Positions 20,123 through 29,780 of a DNA stretch of 64,000 nucleotides are shown here, one piece after another. The stretch is from Minisyncoccota bacterium (GTDB lineage: Bacteria; Patescibacteriota; Minisyncoccia; Phycocordibacterales; UBA2100), in NCBI GenBank assembly GCA_031291875.1, contig JARLIE010000183.1, forward strand, positions 129,356-193,355, in the 5' to 3' direction. Position numbers and translations under genes: made by a program. Positions within the stretch are counted from its first letter, which is position 1. Every line of letters begins with the position of its first letter. The notes beneath the pieces are model-generated. The model was not told the origin of the DNA, did no database searches, and was given only the letters and a program-made list of their open reading frames with translations.

Positions 20123-21949
20123 TTATTCAACGGTCACCGACTTCGCGAGATTACGCGGACGATCGACGTTGTAGCCTTTCTCTTTCGCAAAGTAGTAGGC
20201 AAAGAGTTGCAGCGGCACGACATTGAGAATCGGCGAGAGCATCTCGATCGTTTTGGGAACATAGATGACGTCGTCCGCCGCTTTCGCGATCTCATGGTTA
20301 CCCTCGGTTGCGAGCGCAATCACCGGGCCTTTGCGCGCCTTGATCTCCTGAATGTTTGAGGCGACTTTTTCGTAGACCGAGTCGCTGGTTGCGATCGCCA
20401 TCGTCGGGAAATGTTCGTCGATCATCGCGAGCGGTCCGTGTTTCATCTCCCCCGCGCCGCAACCTTCCGCATGAATGTAGGAAATTTCTTTGAGCTTCAA
20501 CGCACCCTCGAAGGCGATCGAGTAATTGTATTTGCGGCCAATATAGAGAAAGTCGCGCGCCTTTGCGTATTTCTTGGCAAGTCTTTCGATTTCAGTTCGG
20601 CGCTCCAAAATGCTTCTGATTTTATCGGGAATCGCCTGCAGCTCGCGCGCGATCTCCTGTCCGGTCTCGATACTCATCCTGCGCTGGCGTCCGAGAAAGA
20701 TTGTAAGTAGCGAAAGCGCAGTGAGCTGCGAAACGAGCGCTTTGGTGGAGGCGACGCCAATCTCGGGGCCCGCGTGGTTGTAGACGCCGGCGTCAGTTTC
20801 GCGCGCAATCGTCGAGCCGACAGTATTCACGATGCTGAGCGTGAGCGCGCCACGGCGCTTGCCTTCGCGAATCGCCTCGAGTGTATCGAGTGTCTCGCCG
20901 GATTGGGAAACCGCGAGCAGCATCGTCTTGGGATTCAAAACAGGGTGACGGTAGCGAAACTCCGAACCGAGTTCGACCTCGACCGGAATTCCCGCGTGCT
21001 CTTCGAGCATGTACTCGCCCGTGAGGCCGGCATAGTAGGCCGTGCCGCATCCGACGATAATCATGCGTTCAGCTTTTTTGATTTCATCCGCGACGCCCTC
21101 AAGGCCGCCGAGCTTGGCGAGTCCTTCCTTTTCGAGCAGACGCCCGCGTAGCGTGTTCTCCACGACTTCGGGACCCTCCATGATCTCTTTGAGCATGAAA
21201 TGTTGGTAGCCGCCGCGCTGCGCCGCTTCGACGTTCCAATCGATCTTCTCAGCCTTGCGCTCGATGCGCCCGCCGTCGAGCTTGAAAATATCGTGCTTGG
21301 TGGGTGTGATAACCGCGATTTCGCCGTCTTCCAAAAAGACGACCTGGCTCGTGTGCTTCAAAATCGGCGAGGCGTCGGAGGCGATGAAGCGTTCGTTTTC
21401 GCCGAGGCCAAGCACGACGGGAGATCCCATGCGTGCCGCAATAACCTTTTCCGGCTCAAGCGCATACGCAATCGCGAGGCCGTAGGTACCCTTCACTTCC
21501 CGCAAGGCGGCGAGTGCCGCCCTTTCAAAATCTTTTTCGACCTTCAAGTGTTCTTCGATCAAGTGTGCCAAGACCTCCGTGTCGGTCGCCGAAAGAAACG
21601 TATGACCAAGCTCAGTGAGTTTCTCGCGCAATTCTTTATAGTTTTCAACGATGCCGTTGTGCGCAAGCCAAATGTTACCGCTGCAATCTTTGTGCGGGTG
21701 CGCATTGATTTCCGTCGGCTCACCGTGCGTCGCCCAACGGATGTGCGCGATACCGCTTTTGCCAAAATAGCCCGCCGGCAATTTGCGGCGCAGCTGGGAG
21801 ACAGCTCCTGTCGATTTCACGATTCCTGATTCCGGCAGATATATGCCTGCCGAGTCGTACCCGCGATACTCTAGCGAGGAGAGTCCGTCGAGCAGCACTT
21901 CGCCCGCGTTCTTTCCGTTATTTCCGGTGTACGCGAAAATACCGCACAT
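20123..21949 (-). CDS. glmS: Glutamine--fructose-6-phosphate aminotransferase
   Basis: MCGI, EYRGYDSAG, RWATHG, PRNLAKSVTVE. Confidence 0.99.
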   Translation of the reverse strand: MCGIFAYTGNNGKNAGEVLLDGLSSLEYRGYDSAGIYLPESGIVKSTGAVSQLRRKLPAGYFGKSGIAHIRWATHGEPTEINAHPHKDCSGNIWLAHNGIVENYKELREKLTELGHTFLSATDTEVLAHLIEEHLKVEKDFERAALAALREVKGTYGLAIAYALEPEKVIAARMGSPVVLGLGENERFIASDASPILKHTSQVVFLEDGEIAVITPTKHDIFKLDGGRIERKAEKIDWNVEAAQRGGYQHFMLKEIMEGPEVVENTLRGRLLEKEGLAKLGGLEGVADEIKKAERMIIVGCGTAYYAGLTGEYMLEEHAGIPVEVELGSEFRYRHPVLNPKTMLLAVSQSGETLDTLEAIREGKRRGALTLSIVNTVGSTIARETDAGVYNHAGPEIGVASTKALVSQLTALSLLTIFLGRQRRMSIETGQEIARELQAIPDKIRSILERRTEIERLAKKYAKARDFLYIGRKYNYSIAFEGALKLKEISYIHAEGCGAGEMKHGPLAMIDEHFPTMAIATSDSVYEKVASNIQEIKARKGPVIALATEGNHEIAKAADDVIYVPKTIEMLSPILNVVPLQLFAYYFAKEKGYNVDRPRNLAKSVTVE

Positions 21950-21972
21950 AATCGCACTCTAGCACATGCGTT

Positions 21973-22956
21973 TCAGGAAGAAAAAACTTCATCTGCAATC
22001 GCCGCTCTAAACCCGTTAATTGCGCTCGAATCTGCGGGCCGGTGCGGATAGGTTCGATTTGAAAGAATCACGAGTCCCATGCCCTTTTGCGTATCGATAA
22101 CGACGGAGGTGCCCGTAAAGCCCGTTTTGCCGAACGCATTTTGCGTCGCATTTGAGCCAAAAAGATCACCTTCTCGCTGCCAGCCAAGGCCCTCTTGCGC
22201 TAGATGCACGATTGCCGGAAAACGACCATCTAAGAGTGCATGCGTGAAACTCAGCAAATCGGGCGCGGTCGAAAAAACTCCCGCATGTCCGACCGCGCGG
22301 CGGCGCAACGCGAACATTCGGGCGCTTTCGTCGTGCACGATACCCAGCAGCTCTTGCCCCTCAACGATTTCGGTAGGTGCGATGCGCGGATCATTTACCA
22401 TTAAGGCGGAGAAAAAACTCGTGTCGTTCATCTGCAGCGGCCCAAAAAGATAGCGGTGCGCGAGCGCCGGCAGAATAGTGCCACCGGCACGCTCGAGAAC
22501 GAGACCGAGTATGAACGCCGGCACGTTGGAGTATTCGGGTGTAGCCGCAGGCCCGTCGAAGCCTTGCTCAAGAATATGCGTGCGGAGCTGTTCGAAGGTC
22601 CGATACTGCTTGGCAAGTTCCGCCATTCGCGGCCCGCGAACTCGATAGCGCAATAGATCTTCGATCGTCGAGGCATGATCATTGTGCAACTCGGGTACAA
22701 AGCGCGTCACGCGATCATCCAGCCGCAACTTCCCTTCTTCCAGTAAGAGCGCTGCAAGCGAAGCAACGGGGATCGACTTCGTGACCGACGCAAGATCATA
22801 GAGAGTATCCTCGCGCACTTTCTGATCGCTTGCGTACCAAAGCGATCCGTAGGGATATACTTCGCGCTCACCGCTTGCCCGCACGACACCGATCACGCAG
22901 CCGGGAAAAACTTCCTCTTCTATGGCTCGCTGCGCGATGTCGGCAATCTTAGGCAT
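21973..22956 (-). CDS. Serine hydrolase, beta-lactamase/class C family
   Basis: SxxK (ASVTK), YSN, GKTGFTG, LSNR. Confidence 0.9.
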   Translation of the reverse strand: MPKIADIAQRAIEEEVFPGCVIGVVRASGEREVYPYGSLWYASDQKVREDTLYDLASVTKSIPVASLAALLLEEGKLRLDDRVTRFVPELHNDHASTIEDLLRYRVRGPRMAELAKQYRTFEQLRTHILEQGFDGPAATPEYSNVPAFILGLVLERAGGTILPALAHRYLFGPLQMNDTSFFSALMVNDPRIAPTEIVEGQELLGIVHDESARMFALRRRAVGHAGVFSTAPDLLSFTHALLDGRFPAIVHLAQEGLGWQREGDLFGSNATQNAFGKTGFTGTSVVIDTQKGMGLVILSNRTYPHRPADSSAINGFRAAIADEVFSS

Positions 22957-22964
22957 CAAGATGT

Positions 22965-23105
22965 TTACTTGATCTGCCGCGCAAGCGGCGTATTCGATAG
23001 TATGACTGCCACCAACATACCGAGATCCGCAGACTCTCGAAGAAGACCTTGTTCCCAATTTCCGTAGCGCGTTTTCGTAGGATCAAAAAGCAACCGCTTT
23101 AGCAT
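22965..23105 (-). CDS. Possible 46-aa small protein (MLKRLLFDPTKTRYGNWEQ...ARQIK)
   Basis: Hand translation; TAGAAT -10-like hexamer 8 nt upstream of the ATG; fills the intergenic gap. Confidence 0.35.
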   Translation of the reverse strand: MLKRLLFDPTKTRYGNWEQGLLRESADLGMLVAVILSNTPLARQIK

Positions 23106-23203
23106 CCTTCGGATTCTAGCATGCGAGTGTTATTGAACGACGAGTCGATACGATTTCGTTCCATAATATCGTTAGCGTCCGGAAAAAAGACCTAAAAGCG
23201 TTT

Positions 23204-23815
23204 CTAGGATTGCCCGACCAGCTTCGTAAAGACAACCAGCCGCTCGTTGTAGGTATCCTGCCCGTGCACCCAGGTGCCGTCGCAGGTGATGAGGTTGAGA
23301 CGTGCAGAGTCGTTTTGGTTGAAGATGAGATCGGTCGGGACGCTTTTGTAGGGATAGATTTCGACATCCGAAACGACGAAATGCAGCATGGTTCCATTGA
23401 TCGCTTTTATATAAACATCGTCGCCAACCTGGATCTGATCGAGGTGAATAAAGACGCCCGCAAGGCCCAGGCCGTTGTCGACATGGCCGTCGATGACTGC
23501 GCTTCCCGTGTAGCCGGGCACGGCGCCGTATTTGTACCAACCGACATCGACGAAATTATCCGGCGCCTGCATATTGCCGATCGAGTTGATGCCGAGATCC
23601 TGCACGTGCGCATCGATGGAGAGCGCGGGAATGATGAGGCGCGAAGGATACTCGCCCGGGGCAACACTGAGCGCGGGAGAACTGCTCGCAATAGATGCCG
23701 GCACCGGGCCGGTGGTTTCCGGCGCATACCAAAGCGCATGTATCAGGGTATACGCAAATACGCAAAATGCCCCGATCGCTACGATCCCAAGTACGATCGT
23801 GGTGATGCGTCGCAT
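23204..23815 (-). CDS. Class F sortase
   Basis: N-terminal TM, VGWY, GHVD, LNLITC, R. Confidence 0.92.
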   Translation of the reverse strand: MRRITTIVLGIVAIGAFCVFAYTLIHALWYAPETTGPVPASIASSSPALSVAPGEYPSRLIIPALSIDAHVQDLGINSIGNMQAPDNFVDVGWYKYGAVPGYTGSAVIDGHVDNGLGLAGVFIHLDQIQVGDDVYIKAINGTMLHFVVSDVEIYPYKSVPTDLIFNQNDSARLNLITCDGTWVHGQDTYNERLVVFTKLVGQS

Positions 23816-23904
23816 ACGGATTTCAAATTCAAAATTGCGGAGTTTTTAACGAATGAGGGCGTGCCCTGCCTGCGGCGGGACAGGCAAGGCTTCACCCTTC
23901 CAGT

Positions 23905-24030
23905 TTAGGTTGTCTTGCGCTTTGCGACAAGTGCAGCGACAGTCGCAAGAATAACCGCAAGCGAAGGGTCCAGAACAGCCACAGTAGCTGAAGCGTTGCC
24001 GCCTATATTGTTCGGCAGGTCGGATGAAAC
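23905..24030 (-). pseudogene. Relic C-terminal sortase sorting signal (no start codon)
   Basis: Frame reads FVSSDLPNNIGGNASATVAVLDPSLAVILATVAALVAKRKTT*: LPxTG-like motif, hydrophobic stretch, basic tail; in-frame TGA just upstream. Confidence 0.5.
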
Positions 24031-24047
24031 AAACGTGAATGCCGCGG

Positions 24048-24683
24048 TTAGTCGAACGAAATCGGCGAATGCCGCTCAAGAAAGTCCAACGTGCCCGGGA
24101 CCATATTGAAGATCACGGGAACGGTGTAGAAAAAGAAGCTCGCGGGGATCCATACGAGCGCCGACAAAATGCCGAGTGGATAGAAAATAAGGCTTAGCCT
24201 TGCGCGGAACTGCGATTGATTCATTAGTCGATTAGAAAGACCGGCTTGCCTGAGTTCTTTGTGCTGCCAAATATACCGCGTCATCAGGGTTGAGATAAAC
24301 ACGATTACGAAGAGATTTACGCCGTAAAAGATTACGGCCAACATCGCCTCTGAATAGCTCACGGTCAATTGCATCGTGAACGGCACGAGCACAACGAACA
24401 TGAGATACACCATATTGAGCAAATTGAGTTGGCGATCGACGTCTTTTGCAAACGCATGGAAAATAAAATGGTGGTTGATCCAGATGACCGCGAGTACCAG
24501 GAAGCTCACCATGTAGAGTAAAACGACGGGCCACAACGACGCGAAGATTCCCGCTACCACCTCGTTGGTCGCCGGCCCCGTCAGGTTCGGTATTTTGATC
24601 TCAAACACGAGCAACGTCATGACAATGGCGAAAATGCCGTCGCTAAACGCTTCAATGCGGCTCTTGTTCATGTGCATGAACAA
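24048..24683 (-). CDS. TMEM175 family potassium channel
   Basis: RIEAFSDGIFAIVMTLLV, W..HH, multiple TM helices. Confidence 0.9.
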   Translation of the reverse strand: MFMHMNKSRIEAFSDGIFAIVMTLLVFEIKIPNLTGPATNEVVAGIFASLWPVVLLYMVSFLVLAVIWINHHFIFHAFAKDVDRQLNLLNMVYLMFVVLVPFTMQLTVSYSEAMLAVIFYGVNLFVIVFISTLMTRYIWQHKELRQAGLSNRLMNQSQFRARLSLIFYPLGILSALVWIPASFFFYTVPVIFNMVPGTLDFLERHSPISFD

Positions 24684-24687
24684 CAGT

Positions 24688-24858
24688 TTACTTCATCTTC
24701 ACGCCTTTGAAAGCACGCCCCTTTTTGGCCATCTGATCGATGAATTTGCCGGATTTACTATCGACTTTGGTCCAACGCTTGTTGCGAGGACTGAGCACTT
24801 GGGTGCGAGCCTTTACTGTGCCGCTACGACCACCTCCTTTGGGACCGTTCGTTGCCAT
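24688..24858 (-). CDS. Small basic conserved hypothetical protein (56 aa)
   Basis: MATN..KG.G.R.G.VK.R.Q...P....W.K.D..SGKF.D....FKGV; TACAAT 6 nt upstream. Confidence 0.75.
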   Translation of the reverse strand: MATNGPKGGGRSGTVKARTQVLSPRNKRWTKVDSKSGKFIDQMAKKGRAFKGVKMK

Positions 24859-24943
24859 GGCACAATTGTAGCTCGCTGCACGGAAAGCAACGTAAGTATC
24901 CACACGCCCGCGCGTCACGCGTACGTACCACCTCTATGGCTCT

Positions 24944-25771
24944 ATGGCAAAACAGATAAAAGTCGGCGTCGCGCTCAGCGGCGGATCCGCCTGGGGCGTC
25001 GCACACGTCGGCGCGCTCACAGCGCTTCATAACCACAACATCCCCATCGATTGCATCGCCGGGACAAGCGCCGGAGCCGTTGCGGCGGCGCCGTTTGCCT
25101 TTGGGGTTCCTATCGAAAAAATCCAGGAGGCGTCGAAGAAATTGGAATGGGGACAGATTTCGCGATTCGCCTATTCGCGCCTGGGGGTGCGATCCAACGC
25201 GGCACTCGCCACGATCCTGCGCGAGCTGCTCGGCGACGTGAACATCGAAGACGCGAAGCTCCCGCTTGCGATCGTCGCAACCGACATCGAGCGCGGCGAA
25301 GAAAAAATATTCAGGAGCGGCAATGTCGCGCTCGCAGTGTGTGCCTCAAGCGCGATCCCCGGCTATTTCGCGCCCGTCGAGATCGACGGCACGCTCTATG
25401 TCGACGGTGCCGTTACGGAGAACCTTCCCATTTCGGCGCTTCGAGACATGGGAGCAACGTTCTATATCGGTGTCGATCTCGCGGGCAAAATGTCGCACGC
25501 GCGACCCCGCAATCTTGGCGAGGTCGTTACACGCTCGCTCGATGTACTCTCGCGCTCTCGCGATCGCGAGGTGCACAAGCTCGTCGATGTGCTGATCGAG
25601 CCGGATATGAGTGCCTACGATCATCGTGCCTTCGACGAAGCCGAAGCCATGTACCGCGAAGGGTTTGCCGCGGCGGAAGCCGCGATCCCCGCCATTACGA
25701 CAGCGCTCGCGCTCAAGCGAGCCGAAGGAACAGGCTTTTGGAATCGCTTCCGAGCGCTTATTACCTCTTGA
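24944..25771 (+). CDS. Patatin-like phospholipase
   Basis: LSGGSA.G.AH.G, GTSAG, DGA. Confidence 0.93.
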   Translation: MAKQIKVGVALSGGSAWGVAHVGALTALHNHNIPIDCIAGTSAGAVAAAPFAFGVPIEKIQEASKKLEWGQISRFAYSRLGVRSNAALATILRELLGDVNIEDAKLPLAIVATDIERGEEKIFRSGNVALAVCASSAIPGYFAPVEIDGTLYVDGAVTENLPISALRDMGATFYIGVDLAGKMSHARPRNLGEVVTRSLDVLSRSRDREVHKLVDVLIEPDMSAYDHRAFDEAEAMYREGFAAAEAAIPAITTALALKRAEGTGFWNRFRALITS

Positions 25772-26015
25772 TCTGAGCGAATGCGCCTTGCAGCGCCGCG
25801 GCGATCTTGTCGAGTCCGGGAATAACGCCAGCGATGGAAAGCGCCCATCCGATGATGAGCACGGCGAGCAGTGAGCCGATAATCCATCCCGCACCATAGA
25901 GCATACCGTGCACGATCCACCACTTGGCGGAGGTATTGCTTTCGATATTGCGGAGCTCTCGCTTGATCTCGCGTAGCTGCCGCACTTCCGGATTTTCGCT
26001 CTCGGGTTTGGCCAT
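25761..26015 (-). CDS. Small membrane protein
   Basis: Charged N-terminus plus hydrophobic helix (GMLYGAGWIIG). Confidence 0.7.
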   Translation of the reverse strand: MAKPESENPEVRQLREIKRELRNIESNTSAKWWIVHGMLYGAGWIIGSLLAVLIIGWALSIAGVIPGLDKIAAALQGAFAQIKR

Positions 26016-26198
26016 ACTGTATTAGTGTGCCATCCCGACCAGTGCCTGCAAGAAACTCAAAAGCAGTTCAAGGCAGCTCACTATGAAATTCACGAGCAAC
26101 GTCGCAAACTGCAGCAGATAACTTAAAAGAAGGGTCAGAAAGTTGGTTATCGGATCCATACGTAAATTCTAGCACCTCAAAGTATGAAGACTCGGTGA

Positions 26199-26489
26199 CT
26201 ACTGCAGCTGCTGTACCTGTTGCATGATCTCGCGCTCGATACGACCTTCGAAGAGGCGCAGCATCAAGGGCAGCTTCGCGTCGATAACGAAATTCTTGTC
26301 TTCGACTTTGAGCGTACCGCTGATGCGCTGCGATTGCGCGGTCACGTCGAAGTGGAGCGTATCGACGTCCCAACGCTCTTCGTGGATGGTCGCTTGATCG
26401 CCCATTTTCGCGCGCATCTCGTCGAGACCGTGCTTTACCCTAACCAAGGCTTCCTGTTTATTCGTTTTGTGTGGGATTTCCAAGTGCAT
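26199..26489 (-). CDS. Putative polyhydroxyalkanoic acid system (PHA_gran_rgn-like) protein
   Basis: IPH...EA..R, W....L.F......ISG...V......DAKLP.ML..F.G.IE. Confidence 0.75.
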   Translation of the reverse strand: MHLEIPHKTNKQEALVRVKHGLDEMRAKMGDQATIHEERWDVDTLHFDVTAQSQRISGTLKVEDKNFVIDAKLPLMLRLFEGRIEREIMQQVQQLQ

Positions 26490-26545
26490 AGAAAACGAGT
26501 GTAGCACAAAACGAACGCCCGGTACCAGACCGGGCGTTTCAGCTA

Positions 26546-26959
26546 TCAGCGCAGCTTAGACAGCAGGTATATAATTCCTTGGCGGGCCTGATCAGTGGCA
26601 TATCGCTCACTGATTGAGAACAAAAACGGTGAGAAACGCAGCATGGCACTGTAGTTCTGGTCGAAGATCTGGATATCCCGCACCACTTGATTCCGGATCC
26701 CTATGACCAACGCCGCACTCGAACCTTCGAGTAAATACGCCGTCATCTGACCGAACGCAGTCGCGTATTCGCCGATTCCGGCCGGTGAAGCCTTCCGCAT
26801 AGCCCACCGGACGTCATCGAGCTCACTTACCAACATTGCGAATGCTTCGGATCTCCATACACCAGAAGAATCCTTGGTTTTCCGCTCCAAGGCAGATTTC
26901 TTACAGGCCAGATGATCTGTAAAGTGCCTTTCGGCAGAAACTTCGTACTTAGTAGTCAT
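26546..26959 (-). CDS. Hypothetical protein (orphan)
   Basis: 137-aa ORF with AGGAGG SD and a hairpin downstream (~26513-26540). Confidence 0.6.
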   Translation of the reverse strand: MTTKYEVSAERHFTDHLACKKSALERKTKDSSGVWRSEAFAMLVSELDDVRWAMRKASPAGIGEYATAFGQMTAYLLEGSSAALVIGIRNQVVRDIQIFDQNYSAMLRFSPFLFSISERYATDQARQGIIYLLSKLR

Positions 26960-27021
26960 TGCCGACCCTCCTAGTTCCTACCGAAATACTACTTCGCGCG
27001 CAAAAATACACAACACGGAAA

Positions 27022-27498
27022 CTAGGCGACGCTGATGCTTTCGATCACCACCGCTTCGGTCGGGCGATCCGACTGATCGGTCATACCATTCTCGATCGCA
27101 AGGACGACGTCCATACCGCTTACAACCTTGCCGAAAACAGTGTGCTTCGGGTCGAGGAAATTATTGTCGCGAACATTGATGAAAAACTGCGAGCCGTTGG
27201 TATTCGGGCCCGCATTGGCCATCGAGATCGTGCCAGTATCGTTATGATTTTCGGCGTGGATTTCATCATCAAACGTGTAGCCAGGACCTCCCGTGCCCCA
27301 ACGCGCCATCAGTGAATCATCTTTGGTCTGAGGGTCGCCGCCTTGGATCATAAAGTCCTTGATGACGCGGTGAAATTTTGTGCCGTCATAAAACGCGCTC
27401 TTTGCGAGCTTTGTAAAGTTCGCGACCGTATTCGGCGCGTCCTGCTCGAAGAGTTCGATAGTAAAGTCGCCTTTCGACGTTTTGAATGTTGCTTGCAT
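27022..27498 (-). CDS. Cyclophilin-type peptidyl-prolyl isomerase
   Basis: FHRVIKDFMIQGGDP, SMANAGPNTNGSQFFI, HTVFG. Confidence 0.97.
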   Translation of the reverse strand: MQATFKTSKGDFTIELFEQDAPNTVANFTKLAKSAFYDGTKFHRVIKDFMIQGGDPQTKDDSLMARWGTGGPGYTFDDEIHAENHNDTGTISMANAGPNTNGSQFFINVRDNNFLDPKHTVFGKVVSGMDVVLAIENGMTDQSDRPTEAVVIESISVA

Positions 27499-27588
27499 AG
27501 GCGCGTAGTATACCAAACTCCAATAGATTGACCGACCTCTCGCCAAATGCTTTAGTGCGCGACAGAGGAGGTTCCAATGCTCATAGGA

Positions 27589-27912
27589 ATGCATGCCTAT
27601 TTCACTAAGTGTGGCTGTCCCGACAACCACGGGAGCATCGTGTGCACAAACGGTGCGCGAGTCATCTGCTATAGCGTTCGCGCGGCAATGGAGGCGCTCG
27701 CGAAACTCACGGAAATCGGCTTTCTTGTCGAAGGCGAGTTGCCCGCGCTCGCAAAGCAAATCGAGGAATCCGGTCTTCCACCGACAACTCCGCACGTGCC
27801 GGCGTTCTACTACCCTACAGCGACGGGAATGAAATTCTCGCCGGTTCACGAACCGCCGTCGCTCGAAGATCTCGCGTACGCCGTCTCGCTGCCCGAGAAA
27901 AAGATGTGCTAA
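27589..27912 (+). CDS. Hypothetical protein
   Basis: ORF followed by a terminator hairpin (~27918-27950). Confidence 0.55.
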   Translation: MHAYFTKCGCPDNHGSIVCTNGARVICYSVRAAMEALAKLTEIGFLVEGELPALAKQIEESGLPPTTPHVPAFYYPTATGMKFSPVHEPPSLEDLAYAVSLPEKKMC

Positions 27913-28018
27913 ACGGTAAGGCTCGCCGCGCAATCGGCGAGCCTTTGTTTTTTGCCCAGCTTTTTGATTCCTTTTCTCTAGCCCTCACACATTGTCGATA
28001 CATGCTAGGATGGCCCCG

Positions 28019-29278
28019 ATGCATGCCGCCGATCAGGAATACGATATCGCCGTCGTGGGCGGCGGGCCTGCCGGTATGATGGCCGCAGGGCGAGCCGCGC
28101 AGCTCGGCAAACGAGTCGTTTTGATCGAGAAAAACAGAGGTCTCGGCAAGAAGCTCCTCATCACCGGCGGCGGACGCTGCAACGTCACCAACGCGGAATT
28201 CGATACGCGCAAACTCCTCGCAAAGTTTAAAGACGGTGGCAAATTTCTCGCCTCACCGTTTTCGCAGTGGGCAGCGGAGGATTCGATTCGTTTCTTCAAC
28301 GAACGCGGTATGCCGACCAAGATCGAAGCCGAAAAACGCGTCTTTCCCGAATCCAACACGGCGCAATCCGTGTACGACGTGCTCACCAACTTCCTCGTCT
28401 CCGGCAAAGTCACGATCATGACAGACGCCGCCGTCAAAAGCGTGCAAGCTGAAAACGGACGCATTACCGGACTCCAGCTCAAAGGCGGCGCGGCGGTGCG
28501 CGCAAAGCGCTACATTTTCGCAACCGGCGGAACTTCGCACCCCGAGACAGGCTCGACCGGTGACGGCTACGTCTGGCTCACCGCGCTTGGCCACACGGTG
28601 AATAGCGCGAACGCCGCGCTCGTTCCCCTTGCGGTGAAAGACATGCGGATCAAGCGGGCCGCGGGTGTCGCCATCCAGAGCGCCAAGATCACGGTTTTGC
28701 AAAACGAAACGAAACAAAGTTCGCTCGTCGGAAAAATTCTTTTCACGCATGTCGGCCTCAGCGGTCCGGCAACGCTCAACATGAGTCGCGAAATCGGCGA
28801 ACTTCTCAAGTATGGTGACGTCGATATCGAGCTCGATCTCTTGCCTTCGAGCGGGTATGAAAAAGTTAACGCGGCACTCTTAGAGTCATTCGCGACGCAC
28901 GCCAACAAAAAGATCCGCAACGCGCTCTCGCCGCTACTGCCGCCCGCGCTTGTGCCGCTCATCCTCGAGATCGCCGAGATTGCCGAAGACACTCCGTGCA
29001 ACAGCGTCACGCGCGAAGAACGAGTGAAACTCACCAAAACGCTCAAGCACCTGCGCTTCCAGGTCGATCATCTCCTCGGCATGGACAAAGCCGTTGTCAC
29101 CGCAGGCGGCGTCGCGCTGACGGAAGTCGATTTCAAAACGATGCGTTCGCTCAAGTGCGAAAATCTCTATATCGTCGGCGATTTGCTCGACATCGATCGC
29201 CCTTCCGGCGGCTACAGCTTACAGCTGTGTTGGACGACCGGGTTCGTTGCCGGCACCGCAGCTGCTACTGCGCAATAA
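28019..29278 (+). CDS. HI0933/YhiN family FAD-dependent oxidoreductase
   Basis: GGGPAGMMAA, GKKLLITGGGRCN.TN, GGYSLQ. Confidence 0.95.
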   Translation: MHAADQEYDIAVVGGGPAGMMAAGRAAQLGKRVVLIEKNRGLGKKLLITGGGRCNVTNAEFDTRKLLAKFKDGGKFLASPFSQWAAEDSIRFFNERGMPTKIEAEKRVFPESNTAQSVYDVLTNFLVSGKVTIMTDAAVKSVQAENGRITGLQLKGGAAVRAKRYIFATGGTSHPETGSTGDGYVWLTALGHTVNSANAALVPLAVKDMRIKRAAGVAIQSAKITVLQNETKQSSLVGKILFTHVGLSGPATLNMSREIGELLKYGDVDIELDLLPSSGYEKVNAALLESFATHANKKIRNALSPLLPPALVPLILEIAEIAEDTPCNSVTREERVKLTKTLKHLRFQVDHLLGMDKAVVTAGGVALTEVDFKTMRSLKCENLYIVGDLLDIDRPSGGYSLQLCWTTGFVAGTAAATAQ

Positions 29279-29504
29279 GAGAAAGTTTGTCTTTGCGGCT
29301 CCAGCGCTTGATTTCAGCTTCGCGCCTCAACGCGCGACTTTTGTCTTTGCACTTCTCCGTATACAAAATCTTCATAGCGCGATGCGAGCGCGTATACCGG
29401 CTCGCCGTTCCCGCCTTGTGCTGCTCGAAGCGCCGGGCGACGTCGGTCGTGATCCCGGTGTAAATACTTTTATCTTTGCACTCGAGCAGGTACACGAAGT
29501 ACAT
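29265..29504 (-). CDS. GIY-YIG nuclease family protein (UPF0213)
   Basis: VYLLEC.D.SIYTGIT.D..RR..QH, ALRRE..IK. Confidence 0.92.
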   Translation of the reverse strand: MYFVYLLECKDKSIYTGITTDVARRFEQHKAGTASRYTRSHRAMKILYTEKCKDKSRALRREAEIKRWSRKDKLSLIAQ

Positions 29505-29773
29505 CAGAGGTACAGGTCGTCGACATAGCACCAGCGCCACTCGTGCGGCGGCTGGTACGAATCGATGATCGGATGGCCAGTTTCCTCAAAATGCTTTCGG
29601 GCGTGCGTGTTCTTCGATGAATCGCAGCAACCTGTGTGGCCGCAGATCATGCACAGACGCACTTTCACCCAGGTGTCGCCGATCTTTTCGCAATCTTCGC
29701 ACCCTGTCGAATGCGGCAGTACGTTCTCATTAATCTGATCCAAGTGCGTGCACTTCTTTGCCTCTTCTGCCAT
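29504..29773 (-). CDS. UBP-type zinc finger protein
   Basis: CTH, C..C, RLC..CGH.GCCDSS...HARKH, WCYVD. Confidence 0.92.
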   Translation of the reverse strand: MAEEAKKCTHLDQINENVLPHSTGCEDCEKIGDTWVKVRLCMICGHTGCCDSSKNTHARKHFEETGHPIIDSYQPPHEWRWCYVDDLYL

Positions 29774-29780
29774 ACGATTT

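Noticed and set aside
21950-21972. glmS ribozyme upstream of glmS
   Set aside because: Only 23 bp of intergenic space, containing a -10-like hexamer; no ribozyme core.
23863-23888. ccctgcctgcggcgggacaggca, resembling a CCTGCC...GGCAGG REP-like repeat
   Set aside because: Single degenerate copy in the window; a repeat family cannot be established here.
26016-26198. Intergenic stretch with a short coiled-coil-like reading frame
   Set aside because: No convincing start, signal or homology.
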